Of a DNA stretch of 64,000 nt, positions 62,917-64,000 are shown piece by piece. A program made the translations under genes and the position numbers. Source of the stretch: Guillardia theta CCMP2712 (Eukaryota; Protista; Cryptophyta); contig NW_005434564.1 in NCBI RefSeq assembly GCF_000315625.1, positions 163,823-227,822 of the forward strand, in the 5' to 3' direction. The stretch's first letter is position 1. Each line of letters opens with the position of its first letter. The notes below the pieces were generated by a model. It saw only the letters and a list, made by a program, of their open reading frames with translations, did no database searches and was not told the origin of the DNA.

Positions 62917-63160
62917 ATCCCTTGTCAGTGTACTGAAGTCTCTCTCACTGTGAGCTTTGCGGCCGCAACGATGCTGATGCCTTCTCTTATGAGCTCGTTC
63001 GACATTCTTCAGACCTGCCCTGAGAGTTGTTCGCAGACTTTTTATTTCAACTTAAAAAATAGACCAGACTCACACCCAATACCTCCAGTGCGCTGTGCGC
63101 CCGTGCGTCCTTCCTGCTCCCCCCCGCCCTTCCTCGCTCATGCCCTCTTGGTCTCATCCG

Positions 63161-64000
63161 TCATCTCCACCCCATCTCCTCCTCCTCACTCCCGCCTATG
63201 ATCTTCTCCCACCCTGAGTCCTCCTCCCGCATCTGCGAGATGCAAAGCCCCCACGTCTCCTCCTGCTCCTCCTCCTGGCCCGCAAAGTCTCCTTGCCAAC
63301 TCGCCCACCGGTCTTGCCTACAACGCCCAGCTGTGTCCTCCTCTTCCTCTCCGTGTATCATCACCTCCGCTCCCTCCAGCCATCCCCCGACCCCTCCGAC
63401 GTCAAGCCATCCTTGGTCTGCGCGATCAGCCTCCAAGCTCAGCTCCTCTCCTTGGCTCCTGCCGTATGTCCCTCGCTCTGAGCGCTCAGGCAGCTCCACG
63501 CCATCAACCCACGCCGGACCCTCTCCCGGCATGTCCATCTCGATCTCGGACCATGTCGGCGAGTATGGCGTCGCATCATGCGGCGACGAGTATCGGTCAG
63601 TCTCGGAGCCTCCCGACCCGTCGGCTGGGACCTGCAGCCTGCTGCGTCGCCCCTTCTGGCGCACCCGACGCGGTGCCTTGCTCCAGTTGGTTGTCATCTC
63701 CGCCCACACACCGTACCTCTCCCGGCAGCACTGCTCCAGCGCCTCCAGGCTCACGTCCGCCCCGAGCCTCCACGCGAGCTGGCGGAGCTTGAGCCAGGCC
63801 TGCCGGAGCTCCTGGAGCTCGTGGGGGTCGTCGGGGTTGATCCAGCGGCGGTTGGAGAAGAAGTAGCGCGCGCTGCTGCTCCTCGAGAAGTCCGTCGCCT
63901 CCACGTCATCGGGGAGGATGCAGCGGTCGCGGATCTTGGGGAAGCCGTTGTGCTCGAGGACCTTGTTGAACTCCACCTCGCTCACCCCGTGCCCTCCCAT
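63161..64000 (-). CDS. Hypothetical protein, probably 5'-incomplete
   Basis: Long GC3-rich ORF running to the window edge, with a globular-looking N-part (EFNKVLEHNGFPKIRDR...YFFSNRRWINPDD) and an acidic tail. Confidence 0.6.
   Translation of the reverse strand: MGGHGVSEVEFNKVLEHNGFPKIRDRCILPDDVEATDFSRSSSARYFFSNRRWINPDDPHELQELRQAWLKLRQLAWRLGADVSLEALEQCCRERYGVWAEMTTNWSKAPRRVRQKGRRSRLQVPADGSGGSETDRYSSPHDATPYSPTWSEIEMDMPGEGPAWVDGVELPERSERGTYGRSQGEELSLEADRADQGWLDVGGVGGWLEGAEVMIHGEEEEDTAGRCRQDRWASWQGDFAGQEEEQEETWGLCISQMREEDSGWEKIIGGSEEEEMGWR

Overview
Eukaryotic nuclear DNA, gene-dense and intron-rich (short GT-AG introns with a strong YTGAC branch point, many expanded by purine/pyrimidine microsatellites). 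Overall style suggests a cryptophyte alga such as Guillardia or Hanusia; this is inference, not a database match. Recognisable genes: FolD with an N-terminal signal/transit-like extension, a bHLH-PAS-type factor with an extra C-terminal domain, a CRAL-TRIO protein, SRP68, a giant HUWE1/UPL1/Tom1-type HECT E3 ligase, a tandem ubiquitin-like protein, a LOTUS-like plus CCHC-knuckle protein, a CCP1/AGBL-type cytosolic carboxypeptidase, an ARM protein, an intronless TylF/MycF methyltransferase with a recent inverted 3' duplicate, and several hypothetical genes. There are two 100-N assembly gaps. The most striking signal is non-coding. Aligning copies of two dispersed repeat families by eye shows that intergenic GC-rich islands grew through many tiny insertions sharing one grammar: X-C-revcomp(X)-G-X, or the reduced forms X-G-X and X-C-X, with X of 1-5 nt. 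This resembles serial hairpin-type excision footprints of a C...G-ended DNA transposon, or an undescribed targeted break-and-repair process. A second zone type rich in TA-GGG-TA / TA-CCC-TA lies next to gene starts. Exon boundaries were assigned by eye and are approximate.
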